From the IMG/VR virus record IMGVR_UViG_3300038679_000357, positions 96,001-160,000 of that record: 64,000 nt of DNA; one strand, 5' to 3'. A program made the translations under genes and the position numbers. This DNA comes from a virus. Taxonomy: Duplodnaviria > Caudoviricetes. Within the stretch, counting starts at the first letter, position 1, and each line of letters starts with the position of its first letter. Positions 50,828 through 59,984 of the stretch are shown here, one piece after another. The notes under the pieces were generated by a model. The model made no database searches. It saw only the letters and a list, made by a program, of their open reading frames with translations, and had not been told where the DNA came from.

Positions 50828-52264
50828 TCACCATCTGAATAGCACCACCTTCTTGTTTGTGCTCCATCTTTTGCAGATCGACAGGCAGAAGAAATGGTAC
50901 ATCCACCGATTAGGCTTTAAGCCCAAAAAGGCTATCACTAATACGGCGATAACGACCCACAGATGGAGGAATCCCTTCAGACCAACCATAATAACAAGGT
51001 AACACATAATGGAATGAAATAGGACAAAGAATTTTTTATTTGGCATGGTTATTTCCCACACATCTGCGTTGTACTTACCATAATAACGTCCACACGAATT
51101 CATGGTCGGAATATGCTGTGCCCCGACATGACCACGTATCTCACAGACTCCATCGATAACCAGCTCAAAAAAAGTGTAAAAGGCGACCATAGCGCCTAGT
51201 GGGATGAGCACAAACGCACCTGGACCTTCGTGGGCTGCGTAGGAGACGGCGATCAGAAAAAACGAAATGGGAGTCAGGAAATCCTTTGCCTGCACGTCAA
51301 AATAGAAGTGATCCTCTTTCTGACGGCGATGGGCTTCCTTAACAACGGCAACCTGATTCTCAACTGCCTGCCGCTCCGCTTCATCGCGGAACTTCTTTGC
51401 ACGCATAATGAGGAGCTTCATTTCCTGTTCATCACCATACATGTATTCGTCATGCGTGTAGATATATGGAACCGCGTCGTAATAACACGTCCAATCCGCT
51501 GTCGGCAGATATTCAAACACAGGATTCGCCTCGATCATCTGCCATTTCGGCTTGACGATGCCGTGATTCACATAGTTGGCACCAACAACGATATGGCGAC
51601 GACGAATGGTGTTTGCGTCATCATCCGGATGCAGATTTTCATAATCCATCAACGGCAGGCGTGACGGCGGAATGCTATTTTCACTCGCATTGATATACCA
51701 TGGGTACATCTCCACAATCCGACGATCGATCTCATTCAGATTCTCATACGGATCACGGTAATCGAGATTTGATGGCTCCTGATGCGAAAAAGAGAAGGAG
51801 CCTTGCTCTTCCTCGGATTGGTCAGAATCATTTGGCTTTCCGAAGAGAGTATCATGATTTTTGCTGAAGGTGGAAGGGTAAGCCGACTCAGCCTGCCTTG
51901 CATCGCTCGCATAACGGTAGTCGTTACGGGTACGGGTCATCACGGCGGCGGCGGCGATGTACATGACGTCATCCGAACTGGCGGTGATCATTGGGGCTCC
52001 ACTGCCAAAACCGTCAAATGCCTGGTTTCCCCGGATCTTGAACAGGGGGGAGCCGCCGCCATTGGTCGCATAGACGGTATCGCCGATGACGGTGCAGAGC
52101 GGGGTCCCAGACACGCAGTGTCCGAGGAAGACCATATTTCCGCTGATCGTACAAACTGGGTTGGAATAATCGCTGCGTCGGTACAGACAGTCTCCCTCCC
52201 CTACGAAAATTGGACTGCCGTAATCGTGCTCGACTCCGTAACCGCCAAATAGCTGAACTGACAT
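50828..52264 (-). CDS. Moron: membrane protein with N-terminal short beta repeats and ~4 C-terminal TM helices, 478 aa
   Basis: ATG 52264 with GGAG RBS (the longer ORF overlaps the tube gene); I.G..VY.G repeats; two hydrophobic hairpins; elevated GC in the 5' part. Confidence 0.7.
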   Translation of the reverse strand: MSVQLFGGYGVEHDYGSPIFVGEGDCLYRRSDYSNPVCTISGNMVFLGHCVSGTPLCTVIGDTVYATNGGGSPLFKIRGNQAFDGFGSGAPMITASSDDVMYIAAAAVMTRTRNDYRYASDARQAESAYPSTFSKNHDTLFGKPNDSDQSEEEQGSFSFSHQEPSNLDYRDPYENLNEIDRRIVEMYPWYINASENSIPPSRLPLMDYENLHPDDDANTIRRRHIVVGANYVNHGIVKPKWQMIEANPVFEYLPTADWTCYYDAVPYIYTHDEYMYGDEQEMKLLIMRAKKFRDEAERQAVENQVAVVKEAHRRQKEDHFYFDVQAKDFLTPISFFLIAVSYAAHEGPGAFVLIPLGAMVAFYTFFELVIDGVCEIRGHVGAQHIPTMNSCGRYYGKYNADVWEITMPNKKFFVLFHSIMCYLVIMVGLKGFLHLWVVIAVLVIAFLGLKPNRWMYHFFCLSICKRWSTNKKVVLFRW

Positions 52265-52286
52265 AGGTGACTCCTTGGTTAATGGA

Positions 52287-52314
52287 AATATAGCCTCAAC
52301 CAAGTAAAAGTCAA
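52287..52314 (-). promoter_or_regulatory. Sigma70-type promoter for the moron gene
   Basis: TTGACT-N16-TATATT, directly after the tube terminator and 22 nt before ATG 52264. Confidence 0.7.
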
Positions 52315-52326
52315 GTACATGAACAC

Positions 52327-52358
52327 AAAAAAGGAGAGGCGGCATATGCCGCCCCTCC
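52327..52358 (-). terminator. Rho-independent terminator after the tail tube gene
   Basis: GGAGGGGCGGC-ATAT-GCCGCCTCTCC-TTTTTT (11-bp stem including one G-U pair). Confidence 0.9.
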
Positions 52359-52379
52359 AGAAACCCCATCTCCAACAAA

Positions 52380-53297
52380 TTAGAGAACGAATTCGACGCG
52401 CCCTTTTCCATGGGTGGTAACACCCTTGAAATTGATCGTCGTAACGATAGGTCCAATCTGGGATTCTGCCGTTCCCCTTGCAAAACGGACTGCTGCATAA
52501 ACCCTGAAATTCGCACCGATATCGAAGCGAATTGGGTATGCGTAATCACCGTCGTATTCATCCCAGAAATTAGCACCTTTGCCAGGATCGCGACTTGACT
52601 GTATGCCACCATCGCCAGCATAGGATGTGATCGATCCTTCTACGTTCTTCATTCCCTCAACCAGATCTCCAAACAGATCCGACTGTCCAAGAACGAATTG
52701 ACGCTGGAGGTTGTTCGATGCAGTAAACTGGAATGCCTGCAACCCATCCATATAGTCAAGTGTTTCGTAGACTGAATTCCAGTCTGCGTCATCATCGCGT
52801 TTAAGAACTGGGCTACCACTATTCTGCAGAATGCGGAACGACGACTTGTCCCATGTGACAAGTTTTTCACCCTTCGTAAATCCAGTCATATCGACTGGGT
52901 CTACGTCAAGCAACTTTGTTCCCATGATGTCAAGTGTATAGTTGACGACTTCACCAGCAGTCACATTGAATGTGAATTGGTTTAATCTGCAACCAGCAAA
53001 CGCTCTAGTAAATCCATCGAAATACTTGACGTTAATTGTAACGCCATCCTCGTAATTAGCTTCGAGGTAGTCGATGAACTCGCCGGTACTCTCAGTAACG
53101 GGTCCGTTGATTGATCCAGCCACTTCGATTTTACCGAACGCCCACGCATTGTGGGTTTCGTCACCCATGACCATGTCAGGGGCTTCGATCTGCTGTTCGG
53201 CGTTCAAGGAGCATGTATTGAACCTGATCTTCAACTTCGTGAGATCAGGACTATCAATCTGTGCGTAGCCCCTGAATCCTGGTTTAATCATAGCCAT
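52380..53297 (-). CDS. Major tail tube protein, 305 aa
   Basis: GKIEVAGSING...FAGCRLNQFTFNVTAGEVVNYTLDIMG...FQFTASNNL...GMKNVEGSI matches the siphovirus-type tube pattern; GGAGG RBS; followed by chaperones and TMP. Confidence 0.85.
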   Translation of the reverse strand: MAMIKPGFRGYAQIDSPDLTKLKIRFNTCSLNAEQQIEAPDMVMGDETHNAWAFGKIEVAGSINGPVTESTGEFIDYLEANYEDGVTINVKYFDGFTRAFAGCRLNQFTFNVTAGEVVNYTLDIMGTKLLDVDPVDMTGFTKGEKLVTWDKSSFRILQNSGSPVLKRDDDADWNSVYETLDYMDGLQAFQFTASNNLQRQFVLGQSDLFGDLVEGMKNVEGSITSYAGDGGIQSSRDPGKGANFWDEYDGDYAYPIRFDIGANFRVYAAVRFARGTAESQIGPIVTTINFKGVTTHGKGRVEFVL

Positions 53298-53321
53298 GTG
53301 AGTAACCTCCTCGTTAATTGA

Positions 53322-53648
53322 TTAGGAGGAGAAGTCCATCGCGGTATTCGGCTGTCCGGGGATACCGTGTACCATCCTCATGACGTAGTCATTTACGGCT
53401 TCGCCCAGACTGTCATAAGAAGTGGTTGAACCATCATACTTTGACGTACCAAGGACGAGGTCGCCTTCGCCAGTTATAACAAACGGATTAATCGTCGTAC
53501 CAGCCTTCGTCCTGGCGCTAACCGTCAACTTCAGATAGGTATCGAGAACTCCGTCGGTTTGATCAGCCAAAACTCCCTGTTCCGCGTCCAACGTGATATT
53601 CTTCTGCCTTCCAGTGGAAGGATCGAAGACCTTAATCGTGCTTGCCAT
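53322..53648 (-). CDS. Small putative structural protein, ~108 aa
   Basis: ATG 53648 with GGAGG RBS; C-ending codon bias like the tube gene; directly upstream of the tube gene. Confidence 0.6.
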   Translation of the reverse strand: MASTIKVFDPSTGRQKNITLDAEQGVLADQTDGVLDTYLKLTVSARTKAGTTINPFVITGEGDLVLGTSKYDGSTTSYDSLGEAVNDYVMRMVHGIPGQPNTAMDFSS

Positions 53649-53667
53649 ATTTTTTTCCTCCATTATC

Positions 53668-53683
53668 CCATCCTTTCGGATGG
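53668..53683 (-). promoter_or_regulatory. Perfect GNRA-tetraloop hairpin CCATCC-GAAA-GGATGG
   Basis: Intergenic, just upstream of the RBS, with no U-tract. Confidence 0.55.
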
Positions 53684-53710
53684 CAAATTTCGTTCTTTAT
53701 CAAAATACTA

Positions 53711-55138
53711 CTATGTGAACACAATTCCCTTTTCCATCGAAGCTAATAAAACAATAGCTCGATGAATATAGGTATGCGCTCTTGCGACCTCTTTCGATTG
53801 CCTACCTGCAATTTCCTTTGATAAATCACCCTTAGAGAGTAAATAAACTGCCTCTGCCATAGAATCAGCATCGGAAACGCATGAATTACCGTAAATTTCT
53901 TCCACCTCCCACCTATAATCTGTCAACAAAGCAGAACCACAAGCTGGAGCGTCATAACATCTTGGGTTCATACTTTCGGCACGAAGATTAAATAATCGAT
54001 TATCAGTAGACTCCTCTCCATTCGAATTCCGAAAAAGATTAATACAAATCCTCGATGACGCTTGGGCAAGTAACGTATTATCTGTCGTAAACTCTCCGCG
54101 AACAAAGAACGGCATATCAACAATGTCCGCATCCTTACACGTTCCACCAGCAAACATCTTCAAACCAGCCTGCATACACATGTCGTGAACTGAAATCAAC
54201 ATTTTTTTTCTTTCCGGATAGACCGCACCAATAAAACACACGTCATATTGCTTGCCGCCCATAGACTCAGCCAACTTCATTGCTGATGAACAGCGCTTCA
54301 TGTCAGCAGCCGTCGGAAGATAGTTGACGCCAAATCCCTCAGCTACAGAGATTTCATTTGTCATGATATGGTCATAATACGAATGGATTGAAGTTGATAT
54401 GTCCAAAGCATACGGATCTTCCGTAGAAATAACCACTTTTTTCAAACCACAAGACTCCAGTAGCCACCCAGGTATGGACAAACCATCTGTGACTACAATA
54501 TGAGTGTAGCCATTTCTTTTATCAACGCATTCAGCAAGCAACATTTTCAGCACAACATCTGGAACAAAAAATCTACGCAATAAATCGTACTCAAATTTAC
54601 CATACTTAACCCCGATATCGGAAAACGCCGACACATAGGCGTCAAATACAGCTTTCGTACCCCATCCAAGTAAACCACTAACAAAAAGCGGCTTAAATCC
54701 ATCAATCAAAGAAATAGAAGGGTTCTTGGATGCGATATAATTGAGCCACAACGAACCAGCGTATTTTAATGCTCCAGAAACTGCATGAACTTCAGTGATC
54801 ACAGATGGAGATGGGTGAGAAGCGTGGAGTGTTTTTACGTCTGGAGAAAAGAATTTTCTCTGTTTACCAGCAATCACGGCAAGACGTACCATAGCTGCTC
54901 CAAAATCACTTGGAATAGACTCAGGGACGAAAGATGTCGGAATACACATCCAACCGTCTGGGATCGGCAACCCCATTCCATACGGTAAAGACCTAACATT
55001 TCCATGAGGAACACACCCCTCATAACCAATACAAAATGCAGACTTACATCTGAATGGCTCTACGCCATCCCAACTCATATCTGGAGACAAAGATGGAGAA
55101 GCAAAGATGGAATATTCTCCAAGCTCAATTCTATGCAT
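53711..55138 (-). CDS. CgeB/YkvP-family (GT1_2-like) glycosyltransferase, 475 aa
   Basis: YDVCFIGAVYPER...SRICINLFR...NPRCYDAPACGSALLTD...HTYIHRA. Confidence 0.85.
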   Translation of the reverse strand: MHRIELGEYSIFASPSLSPDMSWDGVEPFRCKSAFCIGYEGCVPHGNVRSLPYGMGLPIPDGWMCIPTSFVPESIPSDFGAAMVRLAVIAGKQRKFFSPDVKTLHASHPSPSVITEVHAVSGALKYAGSLWLNYIASKNPSISLIDGFKPLFVSGLLGWGTKAVFDAYVSAFSDIGVKYGKFEYDLLRRFFVPDVVLKMLLAECVDKRNGYTHIVVTDGLSIPGWLLESCGLKKVVISTEDPYALDISTSIHSYYDHIMTNEISVAEGFGVNYLPTAADMKRCSSAMKLAESMGGKQYDVCFIGAVYPERKKMLISVHDMCMQAGLKMFAGGTCKDADIVDMPFFVRGEFTTDNTLLAQASSRICINLFRNSNGEESTDNRLFNLRAESMNPRCYDAPACGSALLTDYRWEVEEIYGNSCVSDADSMAEAVYLLSKGDLSKEIAGRQSKEVARAHTYIHRAIVLLASMEKGIVFT

Positions 55139-56171
55139 GAAGCATCTCCAATAACGTTTGATATACTATAGGGGCTGTAATCTTTTGCATACATCCATTT
55201 TTATCTTGCGACAAACAAAAAGATGAGCTTACAGCCGGACCTTCGCACGCCTGACATTTTCCAATTCGTATAATCTTAGAAAACCTTCCACCATGATCCC
55301 ATCGACGAGAAACCGCCCCCTTCAGTAAGATATATTTCGGATGATCTATAAAAATTGCCGCATGAGCTGGCCACGAGTCAGTACCAATGTAAACGTCAGC
55401 TCGACTCAATAGGTATAAATAATCCTGAAACATAGCATCGCGACCAATTACGTCATAATGCGGAATGATGCCATCACAAAAAACTTTTTGCCCACCAGAC
55501 ACAAATTGAATTACTGGCAATCCCAACCCTTCAACCATCGAATATAATTCTCTCCATCTATCAACAGCCCATGCCTTCAATGGATAGGCGCTTTGACCAT
55601 TAATTGGAGACCTACTGTCATGAAAAATAATAAATCTCTCTGGAAGAGATATAGATAAATTTCTTTGCCTGGTGTATTCGTATATCGGAATCGACACTCC
55701 ATCATAGCTGCAATTCAATCCAAACCTATGCCAATCAGAAAAATAATCATCCTCTGAATTGAAAAGTCCAATTAAACTTGATGGAGAAATATCGTAAACT
55801 GAGTTGATTTTCACTCCCATTTTCTCAGAAAGAGCCAAAACGTATTTTTTCCCATATTCTCGGCACAATTCAACTGACGAGTCTTTAACCGGGAAGAAAA
55901 AGTTCAACTCGCCATCCACACTCTTTCTGAATTTATTGAATACGATAAAATCAATTTTAGGATGCAATCGAGATATATAGTCACGATCTCTAAACTTAGA
56001 GATATCTGACCTGACAATGTCAGATACGAACTCCATTCCTTGATATACTTGCGGAACCAAATGATCACAGTAAAAAACAGTCACCTCACCATACATGTCA
56101 TGTAGGTTTCGCACAACAGAAGTTCCAAGTATTGCATCGCCGATCCCGCCGGTTTGAAAGAAACCGATCAT
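55131..56171 (-). CDS. GT9-family (heptosyltransferase-like) glycosyltransferase, 346 aa
   Basis: GGIGDAILGTSVVRNL...KAWAVDRW...ADVYIGTDSWPAHAA. Confidence 0.9.
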   Translation of the reverse strand: MIGFFQTGGIGDAILGTSVVRNLHDMYGEVTVFYCDHLVPQVYQGMEFVSDIVRSDISKFRDRDYISRLHPKIDFIVFNKFRKSVDGELNFFFPVKDSSVELCREYGKKYVLALSEKMGVKINSVYDISPSSLIGLFNSEDDYFSDWHRFGLNCSYDGVSIPIYEYTRQRNLSISLPERFIIFHDSRSPINGQSAYPLKAWAVDRWRELYSMVEGLGLPVIQFVSGGQKVFCDGIIPHYDVIGRDAMFQDYLYLLSRADVYIGTDSWPAHAAIFIDHPKYILLKGAVSRRWDHGGRFSKIIRIGKCQACEGPAVSSSFCLSQDKNGCMQKITAPIVYQTLLEMLHA

Positions 56172-56174
56172 AAC

Positions 56175-57041
56175 TCACCATTCGTCTTCCGACTTCGCAA
56201 TAAATAACCCATATCCGACATCAGGTTTTGCTTGAAGAAAATCAGAATAATTATCATCCGTAAACAACCCGGATATATCTCCATTGTACAAGCCCCATTG
56301 CGGATGTGCATCAGCATGCTCATCAACGAGAATTTGACCAGCGGCGTTTGCCCCATGCTTAAAGTCAAGAACTGGAAGACCATGAACGACTTCGTAGCTG
56401 TCAACTATATCTCCTGAACCTGCTTCTCCATTATCAAACTCTCTTGGAACTGGCTCTAAAATTCCGGTTGACTTGAACCTTATTTTTGTGTTGAAATGGG
56501 AATGCAGAGCACTGATCTTCGCGGCGTACCTGCTCAGATGCCAAAAATGGATCTTTGGCTTGAAAAACCCATCTCTGTCTGCAAATACATGATCATAATA
56601 AACGGAATAATCCACGCCATTCCTGATTGGTGCTGACATTGCCTCAACATACCCAGGAGGGTACATAACATCATGTTCCCATAAAATAACTGGTTTGTTT
56701 CGGTCTACTTGAGATATTTCAAGGGCGTGAACAATCTGAGACAAAATAGTTTCTGGTGAATATACCAACATACCAGTGACAACATTAATAGCGCTCCTCG
56801 GAAGTGAAACTTTCAAGTCAAACTTACCCATGAACGACGCCAAATGTTTATTGGGCTCGTCATTAACCAGACCGTCAAAATCAACGGAACAATTGGTCGT
56901 CCTGTCGGAGACAGGCATATGAGAAGATATCACCAAGCCATATCCATATGACGAAGCTGCATTAATCGCGGACGTCAGCGTTTTATGGAGAAGGGGTTTC
57001 GGAAGCAGGCAATTCGTATAGAAGACGATCAATCCATCCAT
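56175..57041 (-). CDS. Putative GT-A-fold glycosyltransferase, 288 aa
   Basis: VFYTN...SQIVHALE...VILWEHDVMYPPGY (EHD in place of DxD); adjacent to two other GT genes. Confidence 0.6.
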   Translation of the reverse strand: MDGLIVFYTNCLLPKPLLHKTLTSAINAASSYGYGLVISSHMPVSDRTTNCSVDFDGLVNDEPNKHLASFMGKFDLKVSLPRSAINVVTGMLVYSPETILSQIVHALEISQVDRNKPVILWEHDVMYPPGYVEAMSAPIRNGVDYSVYYDHVFADRDGFFKPKIHFWHLSRYAAKISALHSHFNTKIRFKSTGILEPVPREFDNGEAGSGDIVDSYEVVHGLPVLDFKHGANAAGQILVDEHADAHPQWGLYNGDISGLFTDDNYSDFLQAKPDVGYGLFIAKSEDEW

Positions 57042-57050
57042 CTTTTAATC

Positions 57051-57974
57051 CTAAGATTTGCTTACTTGTGGGAATCCATGTTCATCGATATTCTTGCCGA
57101 ACCACGTCAATTTGGCAGCCTTAAAAAGTGTGTTGTTCTTAGAAACAGTACCCCATTCAACATCCGTAGTTCTACTGTCGTACATATAGGCAACACGACG
57201 AAGAAATTTTGCCTTGTCGGCAACTCTATACGAATTATACCTAATGCGATTCAACCTAAGCTCAGTCGGACCCATGACCTCAACGATACTGAAGTCTATC
57301 TCAGCACTATTATTGTCCTGGACCTCATATCTTGCCTGACCATCAGCCTGCCAAGCTGTTGTATCTGGAATAAAAACACGGTCTCCAAGTGGAGATAAAT
57401 CGGAAATCAATGGAGTTGTGTCATTAACAACATCAAGGTGAATATTCTCATTCAACAAGCGATAAATACAATCACCATACTTCATCACTACTCGTAACGC
57501 ATTCTCATGAGCGTCAGATTTTACATAGCACATGATAGATATGCTATGATTCTCGCTCAGCCCACCTTGAACGTAAAGCCATTCGTTATTCAATGAAACT
57601 GGCTCAACAGTTACGACTACTCCAGTATTAGGAATAACCTCTCTATCACCAAAAAGAACCCCGTTTTCAAACAAAGGGATATTACCAATCGCCTTCTGTA
57701 TGACAGCGGCGTCAGAAACTCTGAAATCTCGCCCAACCGGATTAAGCAAAACGATATGATTTGTGTCTGTTTTCGTCAATACGGTGTGATATTCCATTGC
57801 TCCGCCGCTATTATCCATCAGAAGAATCTCATTTGCGCCATCAAAGCGGAGAGTATCGTCGACCATAATGTCTTGACTGCCAGCCATAACGTCTGCTATA
57901 AAGGGGGTTCTCGCAACGACATTTTTCTGGATCAATCTTATGATGCCGTCAACTACTTGTTCTGCTGCTATCAT
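57051..57974 (-). CDS. Putative tail terminator/completion protein with two inserted beta domains, 307 aa
   Basis: Located between adaptor and tube; core pattern (VVTVEP...E...ISIMCYV...KYGDCIYRLL) interrupted by two ~70-aa repeats. Confidence 0.5.
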   Translation of the reverse strand: MIAAEQVVDGIIRLIQKNVVARTPFIADVMAGSQDIMVDDTLRFDGANEILLMDNSGGAMEYHTVLTKTDTNHIVLLNPVGRDFRVSDAAVIQKAIGNIPLFENGVLFGDREVIPNTGVVVTVEPVSLNNEWLYVQGGLSENHSISIMCYVKSDAHENALRVVMKYGDCIYRLLNENIHLDVVNDTTPLISDLSPLGDRVFIPDTTAWQADGQARYEVQDNNSAEIDFSIVEVMGPTELRLNRIRYNSYRVADKAKFLRRVAYMYDSRTTDVEWGTVSKNNTLFKAAKLTWFGKNIDEHGFPQVSKS

Positions 57975-58186
57975 TTAAAGTCACCTATCATCGACATAAC
58001 TCTTCCAAATTCGGTTGAAAGGTCATGTTCTATTGCTTCTTCATCGCTATTGTACACCATAGGATGCATAATTCTCGTCTTGATGAATTTATTTTTAGGC
58101 GCAAGATAATCCGCCTTTACTTCATGCATCGCGGCAACAAAACCGCTCACAAGATCATTCATTGCGTCAATGAGCGGATCTATCAT
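57971..58186 (-). CDS. Hypothetical protein in the neck module, 71 aa
   Basis: ATGA overlap with the downstream gene; fills the gap. Confidence 0.6.
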   Translation of the reverse strand: MIDPLIDAMNDLVSGFVAAMHEVKADYLAPKNKFIKTRIMHPMVYNSDEEAIEHDLSTEFGRVMSMIGDFK

Positions 58187-58191
58187 CCTGA

Positions 58192-58914
58192 TTATTCCTT
58201 TTCCTGTCCTTTAGAGTATTCTACAGGAACTTTAACGCCGTCATACAACTGCTGGCGAACAAACCGTTTCCCGACATACTGCTGCCCCTTTAGGCGAGTC
58301 ACTCCTATTAGAATATTATCGAGACTTTCTCTTGCACTGTTTCTCATAGTCTTGCCAAAATTACTCACATCAGGAGAACCATCGGAAGAGAAAAGTTTAT
58401 CGTACATGAATGAAGCGGCGAATCTTGCCGTCATTGGAGTAACTGGATCTGGATAAACAAGCATTTCAATGACACCATCACTTCCAGCGTCATATGCATT
58501 CATGGTTGGGCTGGCAAGGGTTAAATGCCTTGTGTTACACTTCATGCCACTACCTTCATCAAAAGAAGTAGGGATATTAGCAATCCGACCAATTTCACTG
58601 CCATTTGTATCTGATAATCTAACGCATTCCCCGACCCTAAATTTCGTAATGTCATCAACCATAACGTCCGTTGACGATGGAAGCATGTTATGGACTATCG
58701 GAGATCTAGCTACAGTAACTCTTTTAAGTGGAGTTAAATACACCGAAGAAAGAGCCGCGTCCACGTGCTGGATGGCAAAAAGCAAATAACGTTCAGCTAC
58801 CTGTACGGAAATAGTGCTCCTGGTCGGTGCCGTTACGCTAGGACCAATAATATTTCCAATCGTTATGTTCTCTGGCAAAATTGCTCTAATATCATCCAAG
58901 CACGCATACGACAT
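58192..58914 (-). CDS. Head-to-tail adaptor (Mu gp36/DUF1320-like) with an inserted beta domain, 240 aa
   Basis: MSYACLDDIR...A...VDAALSSVYLTPL [insert] PDPVTPMTARFAASFMY...A...L..I..G...L. Confidence 0.7.
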   Translation of the reverse strand: MSYACLDDIRAILPENITIGNIIGPSVTAPTRSTISVQVAERYLLFAIQHVDAALSSVYLTPLKRVTVARSPIVHNMLPSSTDVMVDDITKFRVGECVRLSDTNGSEIGRIANIPTSFDEGSGMKCNTRHLTLASPTMNAYDAGSDGVIEMLVYPDPVTPMTARFAASFMYDKLFSSDGSPDVSNFGKTMRNSARESLDNILIGVTRLKGQQYVGKRFVRQQLYDGVKVPVEYSKGQEKE

Positions 58915-58922
58915 AAAACCCC

Positions 58923-59984
58923 CTATTTGGACTTTTCGTAGTCACTCCTCGCTCTCAAGCACATGCCCTGAGATACAGCATAAAAAGGATTGACTGACAT
59001 CCTCACATCAAGAACCTCAAACGGAAGCTCTTCTTTTGCTAATATAGACTTGAATCTACCAGCAACTCCTGGGATCATAGACGTACCACCAGCAAGAACT
59101 ATCTCGCACGGTCCATCAAACTCACGCTGAGACTTCTTCAACTCACGGCGAATATTAGTAATCGCCCTTGAAATCGTCTCATCATAATAGATGGAAAGGG
59201 CAGCGGCAAGCCTATCTGAAAAATCAATTTTAGCTAAATCCAGCTTCGTTTCCTTGTACTTCGTTACCTTCGACACTGGCGTACCAGTAACCGTTGCCGC
59301 CTGCTGATCAATATAATCTCCAGACTTCGTCACAGAAAATTCGCAAACGCTCAATCCCTTATACGCGCCAGCTACATTGAACATACCGCCACCCATTGAG
59401 ATACCAAAACCAGTAAGAGGGACATCACCATCTTCTGTGCGCATCAACGGATTTGAATCATAAACAACTCCAAGACCTTCGTTCAATGGAATGGCATTGA
59501 AACCGAGAGACGAAAGGAAGTTTTGAATGATCATTTGATGGAAAATGTTGTTTTTCGACGGCTCATCTACAGGATTGGCTGGAACAGAAAACCTTATCGG
59601 TTCTCCATCGAACTGCGGCACGCCAACCAAAGCCTTGATAATGTGGAACAAAAGCTCTTGACTCTGCTTGATCTCCGGGTTAAGCAGTCCATCACGCATA
59701 GGACGCATCACTTCTCCCTTTCCAAGAGCATTTACAAGTGAAAGGGCGTCTTTTCCAATGACGAAATATTTGTCATCACACTTGGCGTACAGATAGTTTC
59801 CTCTAGTGAGTAAATCAGTCGATTCATCACCGGCTGGAATTTCATATAGCATATTGCGACACGTCGTATTAACAAAATCGCCATCCTTTGTCTGCCTGCT
59901 GACGACCAAGTTAGCAGTGCCAACGTCAAGACCAACTCCTGGAAGGTATTGATGCTTTTCTTTTTCGGCTTTTGCCATCTTCAT
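58923..59984 (-). CDS. Actin-like ATPase (MreB/MamK/FtsA superfamily), 353 aa
   Basis: GLDVGTAN (phosphate 1), RPMRDG, NEG (connect 1), SMGGGM (phosphate 2), SGDYIDQ, VLAGGTSMIPG (adenosine). Confidence 0.9.
   Translation of the reverse strand: MKMAKAEKEKHQYLPGVGLDVGTANLVVSRQTKDGDFVNTTCRNMLYEIPAGDESTDLLTRGNYLYAKCDDKYFVIGKDALSLVNALGKGEVMRPMRDGLLNPEIKQSQELLFHIIKALVGVPQFDGEPIRFSVPANPVDEPSKNNIFHQMIIQNFLSSLGFNAIPLNEGLGVVYDSNPLMRTEDGDVPLTGFGISMGGGMFNVAGAYKGLSVCEFSVTKSGDYIDQQAATVTGTPVSKVTKYKETKLDLAKIDFSDRLAAALSIYYDETISRAITNIRRELKKSQREFDGPCEIVLAGGTSMIPGVAGRFKSILAKEELPFEVLDVRMSVNPFYAVSQGMCLRARSDYEKSK

Noticed and set aside
52265-52621. 119-aa N-terminal extension of the 597-aa ORF
   Set aside because: It overlaps the tube gene and spans its terminator and a promoter; ATG 52264 has a proper RBS.
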